From an uncultured Actinomycetes bacterium (GTDB taxonomy: Bacteria > Actinomycetota > Acidimicrobiia > Acidimicrobiales > CAVTQP01): a stretch of 64,000 nucleotides of DNA. The notes beneath the pieces were generated by a model that saw only the letters and a list, made by a program, of their open reading frames with translations, searched no databases and was not told the DNA's origin. Location of the stretch: contig CAVTQP010000001.1 in the NCBI GenBank assembly GCA_963736925.1, forward strand, positions 70,159 through 134,158. The letters are read 5' to 3'. A program made the translations under genes and the position numbers. Shown piece by piece: positions 34,210 through 41,806 of this stretch (position 1 is the stretch's first letter; each line of letters opens with the position of its first letter).

Positions 34210-34503
34210 CTTGTTGAAAAGGAACTGCACGGCATGTCCGAAGGCGTAGTTGAGAAGGAAGATCAGGGAGATCAATATCACGAGGGTGACGAGCACCACG
34301 GTTGAGTAGTTGACAACCTCTTCCCTCGTAGGCCACGCCACCTTTCGAAGCTCGACCCTGACCTCTCGCAGGAACTGTGCCGGCGTGGTCCTCTGGGTCC
34401 GTGGGCGTGCGCCGGGAGGCGCCTGCTCCCGTCGGACCGCGGGGGAGCCATCGGGCTCCACCTGGCCCTGACGCTGCATGATTCGCTTGGTCTGACGGTT
34501 CAA
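34207..34503 (-). CDS. secE: Preprotein translocase subunit SecE
   Basis: 98 aa with ...FLREVRVELRKVAWPTREEVVNYSTVVLVTLVILISLIFLLNYAF...; single C-terminal TM. Lies immediately upstream of nusG. Confidence 0.93.
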   Translation of the reverse strand: MNRQTKRIMQRQGQVEPDGSPAVRREQAPPGARPRTQRTTPAQFLREVRVELRKVAWPTREEVVNYSTVVLVTLVILISLIFLLNYAFGHAVQFLFNK

Positions 34504-34528
34504 GGCGTACCTCGGCGATGCACGTGAG

Positions 34529-34601
34529 CAGGGCAGGAGGGACTCGAACCCCCAACCGCCGGTTTTGGAGACCGGAGCTCTGCCAGTTGAGCTACTGCCC
34601 T
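34529..34601 (-). tRNA. tRNA-Trp (anticodon CCA)
   Basis: Hand fold: AGGGCAG-TA-GCTC-AACTGGCA-GAGC-T-CCGGT-CTCCAAA-ACCGG-CGGTT-GGGGG-TTCGAGT-CCCTC-CTGCCCT-G. 73 nt, no encoded CCA. Confidence 0.93.
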
Positions 34602-34708
34602 CCGATGCCCCGGGCAGAATATCATCGGAGGCTGCTGGCTCCTACCTGCACCCCTCGGCCTGGGGCGGTTGGAAACCTCTCGGGGACGACGGTGGGGATG
34701 GCGCCACG

Positions 34709-35071
34709 TCAGCCCGCCAACCCCATCTTGCGGCTCCTGCTCCGGTTGGCAAGCACTATCACCGCTCCCGCGGCTCCGGCTGTCGCTACCAGACCACCGA
34801 CATAGGCGGCGGGGCGGCCTGTGAGGGCGGATCGGATCGCACCCCTCTCCACCGATTCCTCGAGCATGGCAATGATGTCTCCCACCGCGCCCGGAGGCGG
34901 CTCTGGGCCCTGGGTCTTCAGCTGGTGGAGGAGGCGCAGCAACCTGCGGTAGTGCGCCAGCTCGGCCTGGCATCGCAAGCAGGTCTCCACATGGCCGACA
35001 ACGCTACGGTCGGCCGTGCCCGGCCGATCCATGATCATGGGGAGCTGGTCGGCGATCTCCTCACACCGCAT
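34709..35071 (-). CDS. Membrane-anchored zinc-finger anti-sigma factor (HxxxCxxC motif)
   Basis: 120 aa from ATG 35071 (MRCEEIADQL...), overlapping the sigma stop by 11 nt. It has H-VET-C-LR-C and a C-terminal hydrophobic segment AAYVGGLVATAGAAGAVIVLA. Confidence 0.75.
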   Translation of the reverse strand: MRCEEIADQLPMIMDRPGTADRSVVGHVETCLRCQAELAHYRRLLRLLHQLKTQGPEPPPGAVGDIIAMLEESVERGAIRSALTGRPAAYVGGLVATAGAAGAVIVLANRSRSRKMGLAG

Positions 35072-35654
35072 GGGCCTGCCCCTCGTCGGGAAGCGGGAAG
35101 AGCCGCTCGCGCAGCTTCTTCCGTGCACGGTGGAGCCTTACCTTGGCCGCCGCCTCGGTGATCCCCAGCTCGGCGGCGATCGCCTCGTGGGGGAGGTCAT
35201 AGACGTCGCGCAGTACCACGACGGCTCGCAGACGAGGGGCCAGGTCCTGGACTGCCGTCCTCACCCGGTACCTGTCCACCCCGGCGTTCGCCATCGCCTG
35301 AGGATCACGATCCGCCCTCTCGTCCACGAGGGGAGTGTCAACGTCGAGCTCCTCGTGCCGGCAGCGACCCCTCTTGGCGAGGTGGGTGGACGCGCAGTTG
35401 GCCGTGATCCGGTAGAGCCAGGTGCTGAACGCCGCGTCCTCCCTGAACTTGCGGATGCTCTTATACGCCCTCAGGTAGGCGTCCTGCAGAACGTCGCAGG
35501 CATCGTCCTCGTTTCCGGTCAACCGGAAGGCCAGGGCATAGGTGTCCGAGTAGGTCAACCTCACCAACTCGTCGAATGCCCGTCGATCACCCTCCTTGGA
35601 CCAGGAGACGAGTTCGCCGACCAGCCCCTCTCGGTCCCCCCCCACCAGGGCCAT
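35061..35654 (-). CDS. ECF (group 4) RNA polymerase sigma factor
   Basis: 197 aa from ATG 35654. Region 2: FDELVRLTYSDTYALAFRLTGNEDDACDVLQDAYLRAYKSIRKFREDAAFSTWLYRITAN. Region 4: RAVVVLRDVYDLPHEAIAAELGITEAAAKVRLHRARKKL. The longer track ORF would overlap rpmG. Confidence 0.88.
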   Translation of the reverse strand: MALVGGDREGLVGELVSWSKEGDRRAFDELVRLTYSDTYALAFRLTGNEDDACDVLQDAYLRAYKSIRKFREDAAFSTWLYRITANCASTHLAKRGRCRHEELDVDTPLVDERADRDPQAMANAGVDRYRVRTAVQDLAPRLRAVVVLRDVYDLPHEAIAAELGITEAAAKVRLHRARKKLRERLFPLPDEGQAHAV

Positions 35655-35707
35655 GAGCTGGCAGGTGCTGAGCCCGGTTCCTCCACGAGGCGGTATCGGA
35701 GCCGGCT

Positions 35708-35872
35708 TCAGCGTGTTTCCTTGTGGAGTGTGTGCTGGCGATCCCATCGGCAGTACTTGCGCATCTCGATGCGGTCTCGATCGTTCTGCTTGTTCTTGAT
35801 GGTTATGTAGTTGCGGCGCTTGCACATCTCACAGGCAAGCGTGACCTTGACCCTCTTTTCGTTCTTGGCCAT
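35708..35872 (-). CDS. rpmG: 50S ribosomal protein L33
   Basis: Hand translation (below the track's length cutoff): [54 protein letters not shown], 54 aa. Has CxxC...CxxD rather than two CxxC motifs. Confidence 0.92.
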   Translation of the reverse strand: MAKNEKRVKVTLACEMCKRRNYITIKNKQNDRDRIEMRKYCRWDRQHTLHKETR

Positions 35873-35894
35873 GTCGTCCCTTCCGGCTGGGTAG

Positions 35895-35968
35895 TAGCGG
35901 CGGCCGGACTCGAACCGGCGACCCCACGATTATGAGCCGTGTGCTCTTACCAACTGAGCTACGCCGCC
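35895..35968 (-). tRNA. tRNA-Met (anticodon CAT), elongator-like
   Basis: Hand fold: GGCGGCG-TA-GCTC-AGTTGGTAA-GAGC-A-CACGG-CTCATAA-TCGTG-GGGTC-GCCGG-TTCGAGT-CCGGC-CGCCGCT-A. The anticodon stem lacks the three G:C pairs of initiator tRNA. Confidence 0.88.
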
Positions 35969-36086
35969 ATGTCTCTAGGCACAAAACTACCTGCGCCGGC
36001 GACCGTAGTGTCCCCTCGGGGCCACGGCAGGCCGATTCGCGCCCCTATCGCCCGGTAGCGGGTGGCCCAGGGCCGCTGCCGGGAGG

Positions 36087-36159
36087 AGCCCCCTGTCGGA
36101 ATCGAACCGACGACACCAGCCTTACCATGGCTGCGCTCTGCCGACTGAGCTAAGGGGGC
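36087..36159 (-). tRNA. tRNA-Thr (anticodon GGT)
   Basis: Hand fold: GCCCCCT-TA-GCTC-AGTCGGCA-GAGC-G-CAGCC-ATGGTAA-GGCTG-GTGTC-GTCGG-TTCGATT-CCGAC-AGGGGGC-T. Confidence 0.92.
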
Positions 36160-36188
36160 CACGGGCGATCGCGGCCGCCAGCAGCCCG

Positions 36189-36704
36189 ATGATAGCGACG
36201 CTTGCTAAGTATCGTCTGGGGATGCTCGTGAGGGGAGCGGGCGAAGGCGACGCCGACGCGATACGGAGCATCTACAACGGGGAGGTGGGACACACCACCA
36301 CCTTCGACATGGTCCCCCGGAGCCTGTCCGCCCAGCTTGCATGGATCGCAGAGCATGCAGGTGCCCATCCTGCCGTCGTTGCCGAAGACAGAGGCGGCGT
36401 CATCGGCTTCGGGTCTCTCTCCCGGTACCAGGCCCGCCCCGCATACTCGACAACGGTCGAGGACTCGGTCTATGTGAGCCCCGAGCGACGGGGGGATGGT
36501 GTCGGAAGGGCTCTGCTCGAAGAGCTGTTGCGTCTGGCCAACGCTCACGGCTTCCACGCCGTGATCGCCCGGGTCGTGGCGGGCAACGACCCCTCGATAG
36601 CTCTCCATCGCGGCTGTGGGTTCGACCTCGTGGGCACCGAGCGGGAGGTGGGCCGCAAGCTGGGGCGCTGGCTGGACGTCGTGGTGATGCAACGCTTGCT
36701 CTGA
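36189..36704 (+). CDS. GNAT family N-acetyltransferase (phosphinothricin-acetyltransferase-like)
   Basis: 171 aa with ...VRGAGEGDADAIRSIYNGEV...FDMVPRSL...WIAEH...GFGSLSRYQARPAYSTTVEDSVYVSPERRGDGVGRALLEELL...GFHAVIARVVAGNDPSIALHRGCGFDLVGT... The start may instead be ATG 36222. Confidence 0.8.
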   Translation: MIATLAKYRLGMLVRGAGEGDADAIRSIYNGEVGHTTTFDMVPRSLSAQLAWIAEHAGAHPAVVAEDRGGVIGFGSLSRYQARPAYSTTVEDSVYVSPERRGDGVGRALLEELLRLANAHGFHAVIARVVAGNDPSIALHRGCGFDLVGTEREVGRKLGRWLDVVVMQRLL

Positions 36705-36730
36705 TGCGTACCTTCCTGCTTCGGGCGGCT

Positions 36731-38317
36731 CTAGCCGGCAGGCAGGTTGGGCCGTAGACGATCGATCATCCTGCGCAAGGCGCTCGCCACCGGGGTGAAG
36801 GGGATGGCCACCACGATCAGCAAGGCCACCACCACCGATCCGGGACTCGCATGTCCCAGCTCGTCGAGGAGGATCCGGGCTCCGGGAAGGCCGATAAAAG
36901 AGGCGAGTATCGAAAGCCAGAGCAGCACCACCCGTAGCCGGCCGGTGGTGCACACGATCGCCAACACGGTGATGCCCCAAGCCAGGTACCACGGCTGCAC
37001 GACCGGCCCCAGGACGACGAACGCCAAGAGCGTCAAGCCGAGCGCCTTCACACTTCCGATCCGGTCGCTGTACCACAGCAGCCCGCCCGCCAGGACTCCG
37101 GCAACCAGAAGCCCGGCGCCCCGAGCCAACGTCAGGACGGTGGCCTGGCTCGGCCCCACCCCGATCATGTGGAAGATGTTGCCGCCCAGCACACCCAGCG
37201 CCGTCGCCGGCGCGAAGAGCGAGCGCACGGTCCCCGGGGTCCCCAGCGCCCACAGCCAACCCCAGCCCAGGCCCGTGAGCTGAGACAGCCCACCCATGAC
37301 CAAGCCGGCCACCAGGCACGCGGTCACCACCGGCCTCACCCGCTCCTTCCATGTCGCCTGGCTGCCAACCCAGTCCCAGCCGATGTAGACCACTCCGATC
37401 AGCGCGGGCACCTTCACCGATGCAGCCAGGGCGCAGGCGACTATGCCGATGACCGGCCTCCCGCGCTTGGCGAGGGTGATGCCGGCTACGAGCAAGCCGA
37501 TCATGAGGGCGTCATTGTGAGCACCCCCGATCAGGTGCAACAAGGTGATGGGGTTGAGGATGGCGAGCACCAGCGCCTGGCCTGGGTCCTTGCCGTAGCT
37601 ACGGGCCAGCTTGGGGATGAAGATCGCCATCAACGCCACCCCGGCGAGTGCCATGAGCCGCATCCCTATGACCGTCGCCAGCTCGTGGTGGCCGGTCAGG
37701 TCGGTGATCCCGCCGGCCGCCCCGAGGAACAGCGGCCCGTAAGGCGCCGGGGCGTTGCCCCAGAGTTGGTCCACCGGCCAGACGTAGGAGTTCGCACCGA
37801 GCACGGACGGCCCGTACTGGTAGGGGCTGATGTGATGGCTCGCCATCTCCCCCTGGGCCGCGTAGCTGTAGGCGTCCTGGCTGAAGAGTGGCGGCGCGAC
37901 CAGCAATGGGACCACCCACAGCGCGAACACCGCGACCAGGCTCCACGCAGGGGCGCCACGGTGGCGCGACAGCGTACGGGCGAGCCCGTACCAGACCTTG
38001 AATAGGAGGAGCATCCCCCCGTAGACGGCCACCAAGCCGAGGAGCAACCCCTGGCCGGGACGGTAGGTCGGCCCGGGTATCCCGAAGAACCAGGCTCCTG
38101 TCTTCTTCAGGGTGAATGGCGAGCTCGGCTGGGAGGCGCCCACGGTGATGGCCAGCGTGGCCAGGGCGCCGAGAAGGGCCGGGCGCGCCAGCAGTTTGCG
38201 AAGGCCCGCGCCGTCGGTCGGAGCCGGCTCTCGAGCCTCGTCGCTCACCTCCTGGATCCACAACGCGCGCAGCCAACTGCGCACCGACGCGGCTGGCGCA
38301 GCGATCAACTCACCCAC
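36731..38317 (-). CDS. Polytopic GT-C membrane glycosyltransferase, MptB-like (polyprenol-phosphate-mannose-dependent mannosyltransferase family)
   Basis: 528 aa with many TM segments. The periplasmic-loop motif PPLFSQDAYSYAAQGEMASHHISPYQYGPSVLG...WGNAPAPYGPLFL resembles the mycobacterial MptA/MptB family. Family call is from memory of the motif. Confidence 0.7.
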   Translation of the reverse strand: MGELIAAPAASVRSWLRALWIQEVSDEAREPAPTDGAGLRKLLARPALLGALATLAITVGASQPSSPFTLKKTGAWFFGIPGPTYRPGQGLLLGLVAVYGGMLLLFKVWYGLARTLSRHRGAPAWSLVAVFALWVVPLLVAPPLFSQDAYSYAAQGEMASHHISPYQYGPSVLGANSYVWPVDQLWGNAPAPYGPLFLGAAGGITDLTGHHELATVIGMRLMALAGVALMAIFIPKLARSYGKDPGQALVLAILNPITLLHLIGGAHNDALMIGLLVAGITLAKRGRPVIGIVACALAASVKVPALIGVVYIGWDWVGSQATWKERVRPVVTACLVAGLVMGGLSQLTGLGWGWLWALGTPGTVRSLFAPATALGVLGGNIFHMIGVGPSQATVLTLARGAGLLVAGVLAGGLLWYSDRIGSVKALGLTLLAFVVLGPVVQPWYLAWGITVLAIVCTTGRLRVVLLWLSILASFIGLPGARILLDELGHASPGSVVVALLIVVAIPFTPVASALRRMIDRLRPNLPAG

Positions 38318-38615
38318 TCAACACCTCTATGTCGTCATGCCGACCCACACAGCAGGTGGCCTTGGAGCACGATGGTTGCTCCGCCGGATCGCCCGGACAC
38401 GGTCGGCGACCCACCGCCTTGATGATACATCGACGGTTACCTCCTCAGCGGTCGAGCCATGTACGGCCCAGGTGGCGGAGCTCACGGTCCCCCGGGACCT
38501 TGGAATGCGCTGGTGGGCGACTCCGACAGACCGGGCTGGGAGTGGTTCCGGAAACGAGGGGCTGGAAGCCTGGGGCGGAAAACGCGTGGCACCGAAAATG
38601 TGGGCCAGGAAGATG

Positions 38616-38697
38616 TGGGCCGGGAAGGATTCGAACCTTCGAAGGCAACGCCGGCAGATTTACAGTCTGCTCCCTTTGTCCGCTCGGGCACCGACCC
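38616..38697 (-). tRNA. tRNA-Tyr (anticodon GTA), long variable arm
   Basis: Minus strand: GGGTCGGTGCCCGAGCGGACAAAGGGAGCAGACTGTAAATCTGCCGGCGTTGCCTTCGAAGGTTCGAATCCTTCCCGGCCCA, 82 nt. Closely parallels the E. coli tyrT architecture. Confidence 0.9.
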
Positions 38698-38740
38698 AGG
38701 GGCTGCCAAGGATAGACCGCGGCCGGACTAGCGTTCTCGC

Positions 38741-39229
38741 ATGCCCACCTTCGACGTTGTCTCCGAGGTCGACATGCAAGAGGTACGCAACGCCGTCGAC
38801 CAGGCCGCTCGGGAAGCCGGCACCCGCTTCGACTTCAAAGGAACCGGGTCAACCGTCGAGTTGTCGGGACACGAGCTCCACCTGCACTCCGCCACCGAGG
38901 ACCGGCTCAAAGCACTGGTACAGGTGCTCGAGGAGAAACTGGTCAGGCGTAAGGTCTCCCTCAAAGCCCTATCGCACGGCAGGGTCGAGGAGGCCTCCAA
39001 GGGAACCGTGCGTCAAGCTATCGGCATCAACGCCGGCATCTCCACGGAGAAGGCTAAGGCCATAAACAAGTTCGTCAAGGACCTCGGGAGGAAGTCGGTC
39101 TCCTCGCAGACCCAGGGCGACCAGCTCCGAGTAGCCGGCAAGAAGCGCGACGACCTCCAAGACGTCATCGCAGCCCTCAAGGGGCAGGACTTCGGGATCC
39201 CGTTGCAGTTCACCAACTTCAGGGACTGA
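38741..39229 (+). CDS. yajQ: YajQ family nucleotide-binding protein (UPF0234)
   Basis: 162 aa, MPTFDVVSEVDMQEVRNAVDQAAREAGTRFDFKGTGSTVEL...IPLQFTNFRD, typical YajQ ends. Confidence 0.9.
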   Translation: MPTFDVVSEVDMQEVRNAVDQAAREAGTRFDFKGTGSTVELSGHELHLHSATEDRLKALVQVLEEKLVRRKVSLKALSHGRVEEASKGTVRQAIGINAGISTEKAKAINKFVKDLGRKSVSSQTQGDQLRVAGKKRDDLQDVIAALKGQDFGIPLQFTNFRD

Positions 39230-39244
39230 GCGGGGACCGGTCGT

Positions 39245-39748
39245 TCAGTCGTAATAGCCGGAGTGCACATATATGCAGGGAACCCCCTCGTCCCTGAACA
39301 TCTCCAGGTTCCGCCGGTCGTCCTCGAACGCCAGCCTCAGCTCGAAGCCATACGAGCGCAGCTCCGGCAGGGTGTACTGCTTGAACTGGGCTGCCATCGA
39401 GTAGTCGCCAAAATCCCTCATGATCAACAAGTCCCATCGGAGACGGTAACGCGCCAGCCAGGCCAGGGTCTGGGGCTGGACCCTGATCGGACGTCCGGTG
39501 AGAAGTATCACCGTCAGGCCGGGCTCGAGTAGTTCCAGCAGCCTGGCGACCTCTTCGATGAGCGGGTCGTCACCGCAGGCGTCGAAAAATGCGTTCCAGT
39601 TCCTCCTGCCCGACTCGATGTAGTGCTGGCGGCTGGCGGCATCAGAGAGCACCCCGTCGAGATCGAAGACCACCGCGCCGCCTGCGAGAACCGGCCCCCG
39701 GTGCCAGCGCCAGTTGTCTGGGACCCGGGCGGTGTCTGTGGCCGCCAA
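39245..39748 (-). CDS. HAD-superfamily hydrolase/phosphatase
   Basis: 167 aa with DxDxV motif I (VVFDLDGVLSD), a LLTGRP segment and an acidic motif near the C-terminus (FEDDRRN). TTG start 3 nt after the acs stop. Substrate unknown. Confidence 0.65.
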   Translation of the reverse strand: MAATDTARVPDNWRWHRGPVLAGGAVVFDLDGVLSDAASRQHYIESGRRNWNAFFDACGDDPLIEEVARLLELLEPGLTVILLTGRPIRVQPQTLAWLARYRLRWDLLIMRDFGDYSMAAQFKQYTLPELRSYGFELRLAFEDDRRNLEMFRDEGVPCIYVHSGYYD

Positions 39749-39751
39749 CTG

Positions 39752-41781
39752 TCAGTCCTCGGTGGGCGACGTGCTGGCTCTGCGCTTGATCTCCTCGACC
39801 ACCTCCGGATCGGCGAGGGTGGTTGTGTCTCCGAGGCTCCTGCCTTCTGCCACATCCTTGAGCAAGCGGCGCATGATCTTTCCGCTGCGGGTCTTGGGAA
39901 GGTCGTCGGTGAACACGACGGCCTTGGGCCGAGCGACCGGACCTATGCGGGCCGCGACGTGGCGGCGAAGCTCCTGGCCGTGGGCGTCGCTCGGCTTATT
40001 GGCTCCCTTCAAGCTCACAAAGGCGACTATCGCCTGACCGGTCGTTTCGTCCGTGGCACCCACGACGGCCGCCTCGGCAACGGTGTCGTGGTCCACGAGA
40101 GCGGACTCGACCTCGGTGGTGGACACCCGGTGGCCGGACACGTTCATGACGTCGTCGACCCTTCCCAGCAACCACAGGTAACCGTCGGAGTCAACCTTCG
40201 CACCGTCGCCAGCGAAGTAGCGGCCCTCGAAACGGCGCCAGTACGCCTCGAAGTACCTCTCCGGGTCTCCGTAGATGCCTCGGAGCATCCCCGGCCAGGG
40301 GCGAGTGATGGTCAAGTAGCCGCCGCCTCGTTCGACTCCCCGGCCTGTGTCATCGACCACCTCGACGGCGATACCCGGCAACGGGAGGGTGGCCGAGCCC
40401 GGCTTCAGCGTGGTCAAGCCGGGCAGCGGCGATATCAGGATCGCGCCGGTCTCGGTCTGCCACCACGTGTCGACCACCGGGCAGCGCCCCCCGCCGACGT
40501 TCGTCCAGTACCACATCCAGGCCTCGGGATTGATGGGTTCGCCGACCGAGCCGAGCAGCCGGAGGCTCGCCAGATCATGGTCTTGGAGGTGCTCGGCCCC
40601 CCACTTCATGAAGGTTCGGATGGCAGTGGGAGCGGTGTAGAGTATCGACACCCGGTATCTCTCGACGATGGACCACCAGCGGTCCCTGTCGGGGAAGTCG
40701 GGAGCCCCCTCGTACATCACGCTTGTCGCCCCGTTGGCCAGCGGGCCGTAGAGGATGTAGCTATGGCCGGTGACCCATCCGATGTCGGCTGCGCACCAGT
40801 AGACGTCGGTGTCCGCTCGCAGATCGAAGACTTGCTTGTGCGTGAACGCCACCTGGGTGAGGTATCCACCGGTGGTGTGCATTATCCCTTTGGGTTTTGC
40901 CGTCGTGCCGGAGGTGTACAAGAGGTAAAGGAGGTCCTCCGAACCCATGTGCTCCGGAGGGCACTCGGAAGAGGCGTCTTCCATGAGGTCGTGCCACCAG
41001 CGGTCACGGCCTTCGGTCATGGGCGCATCACCTTCGCTCGTCGGCGCGTGGCCGTCTGTCGCCCCGACACGCCTCACCACGACCACGTCCCGGACGGGTG
41101 TTGGAGGCGACAGCGCTCTGTCGGCGTTGGCCTTAACGGCACGACCGTGCCTTTCCTCCACCCTCCGTCGGCCGTGACCAGCACTTCGGCCTTGGCGTCC
41201 TCGATGCGGTCTCGCAAAGCGTCGGAGGAGAAGCCACCGAACACCACCGAGTGGACCGCGCCGATGCGGGTGCACGCCAGCATGGCGGTGCACAGCTCAG
41301 GGATCATCGGCATGTAGATGGCCACCCGGTCGCCTCGCTTGACGCCCAATGACTTGAGCACGTTCGCAAAGCGCCCCACCTCCTCCAACAGCTCGGAGTA
41401 GGTGATCGTCCGGGTGTCTCCGGGCTCGCCTTCCCAATGGAAGGCGACTCGCTCGCCCAGACCCGATTTCACGTGGCGATCGATGCAGTTGTAGGAGACG
41501 TTCAGCGTTCCGCCGCCGAACCACTTGGCGTAGGGGAGGTCCCACTCGCACACCCGGTCCCACGGCCTGAACCACTCGAGCTCCTTTGCCCGGGCCGCCC
41601 AGAACCCCTGCCAATCTCTCCCGGCTTCTTCATAGATCGAAGGCTCGACGATCGTCTCCTGGCCTGCGAACCCCGCCGGAGGCGGGAAGGCTCGCTCCTC
41701 CGAGTAAAGGTCCGCGATGGCTCCCGAGCCGGGGCCCGGACCACCCCCTTGAACTCGGTTCGGTCGGTCTGATTCGGCCAT
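39752..41781 (-). pseudogene. acs: Acetyl-CoA synthetase (AMP-forming) with an apparent 1-nt deletion frameshift near 41131-41136
   Basis: The N-terminal part is in track ORF 41074..42036 (from ATG 41781: MAESDRPN...WEGEPGDTRTITYSELL...[15 protein letters not shown]). The remainder is in ORF 39752..41293 in another frame ([10 protein letters not shown]...[23 protein letters not shown]...[16 protein letters not shown]). Span is 2030 nt (mod 3 = 2). Confidence 0.85.
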
Positions 41782-41806
41782 CGCTCTCCTATCCAACGAC
41801 GCGATC

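Noticed and set aside
36150-37352. Minus-strand ORF of 400 aa spanning the GNAT gene and part of the glycosyltransferase.
   Set aside because: It is antisense to a good GNAT domain and out of frame with the polytopic GT-C protein. Its composition is Arg/Gly/Pro-rich.
38598-38697. An integrated mobile element or prophage at tRNA-Tyr.
   Set aside because: Only a 13-bp adjacent duplication of the tRNA 3' end is present. There is no integrase, no second distant att copy in the window, and the flanking genes are ordinary.
38329-38715. Plus-strand ORFs (38329..38715, 38459..38731) and minus-strand ORFs (38445..38648, 38482..38709) around tRNA-Tyr.
   Set aside because: They overlap a well-folded tRNA-Tyr and have no recognisable protein features or SD sequence. 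The 298-nt region between tRNA-Tyr and the glycosyltransferase start is treated as non-coding. It contains small palindromes (GGTCCC-GG-GGGACC and GATG-TAT-CATC) of unknown meaning.
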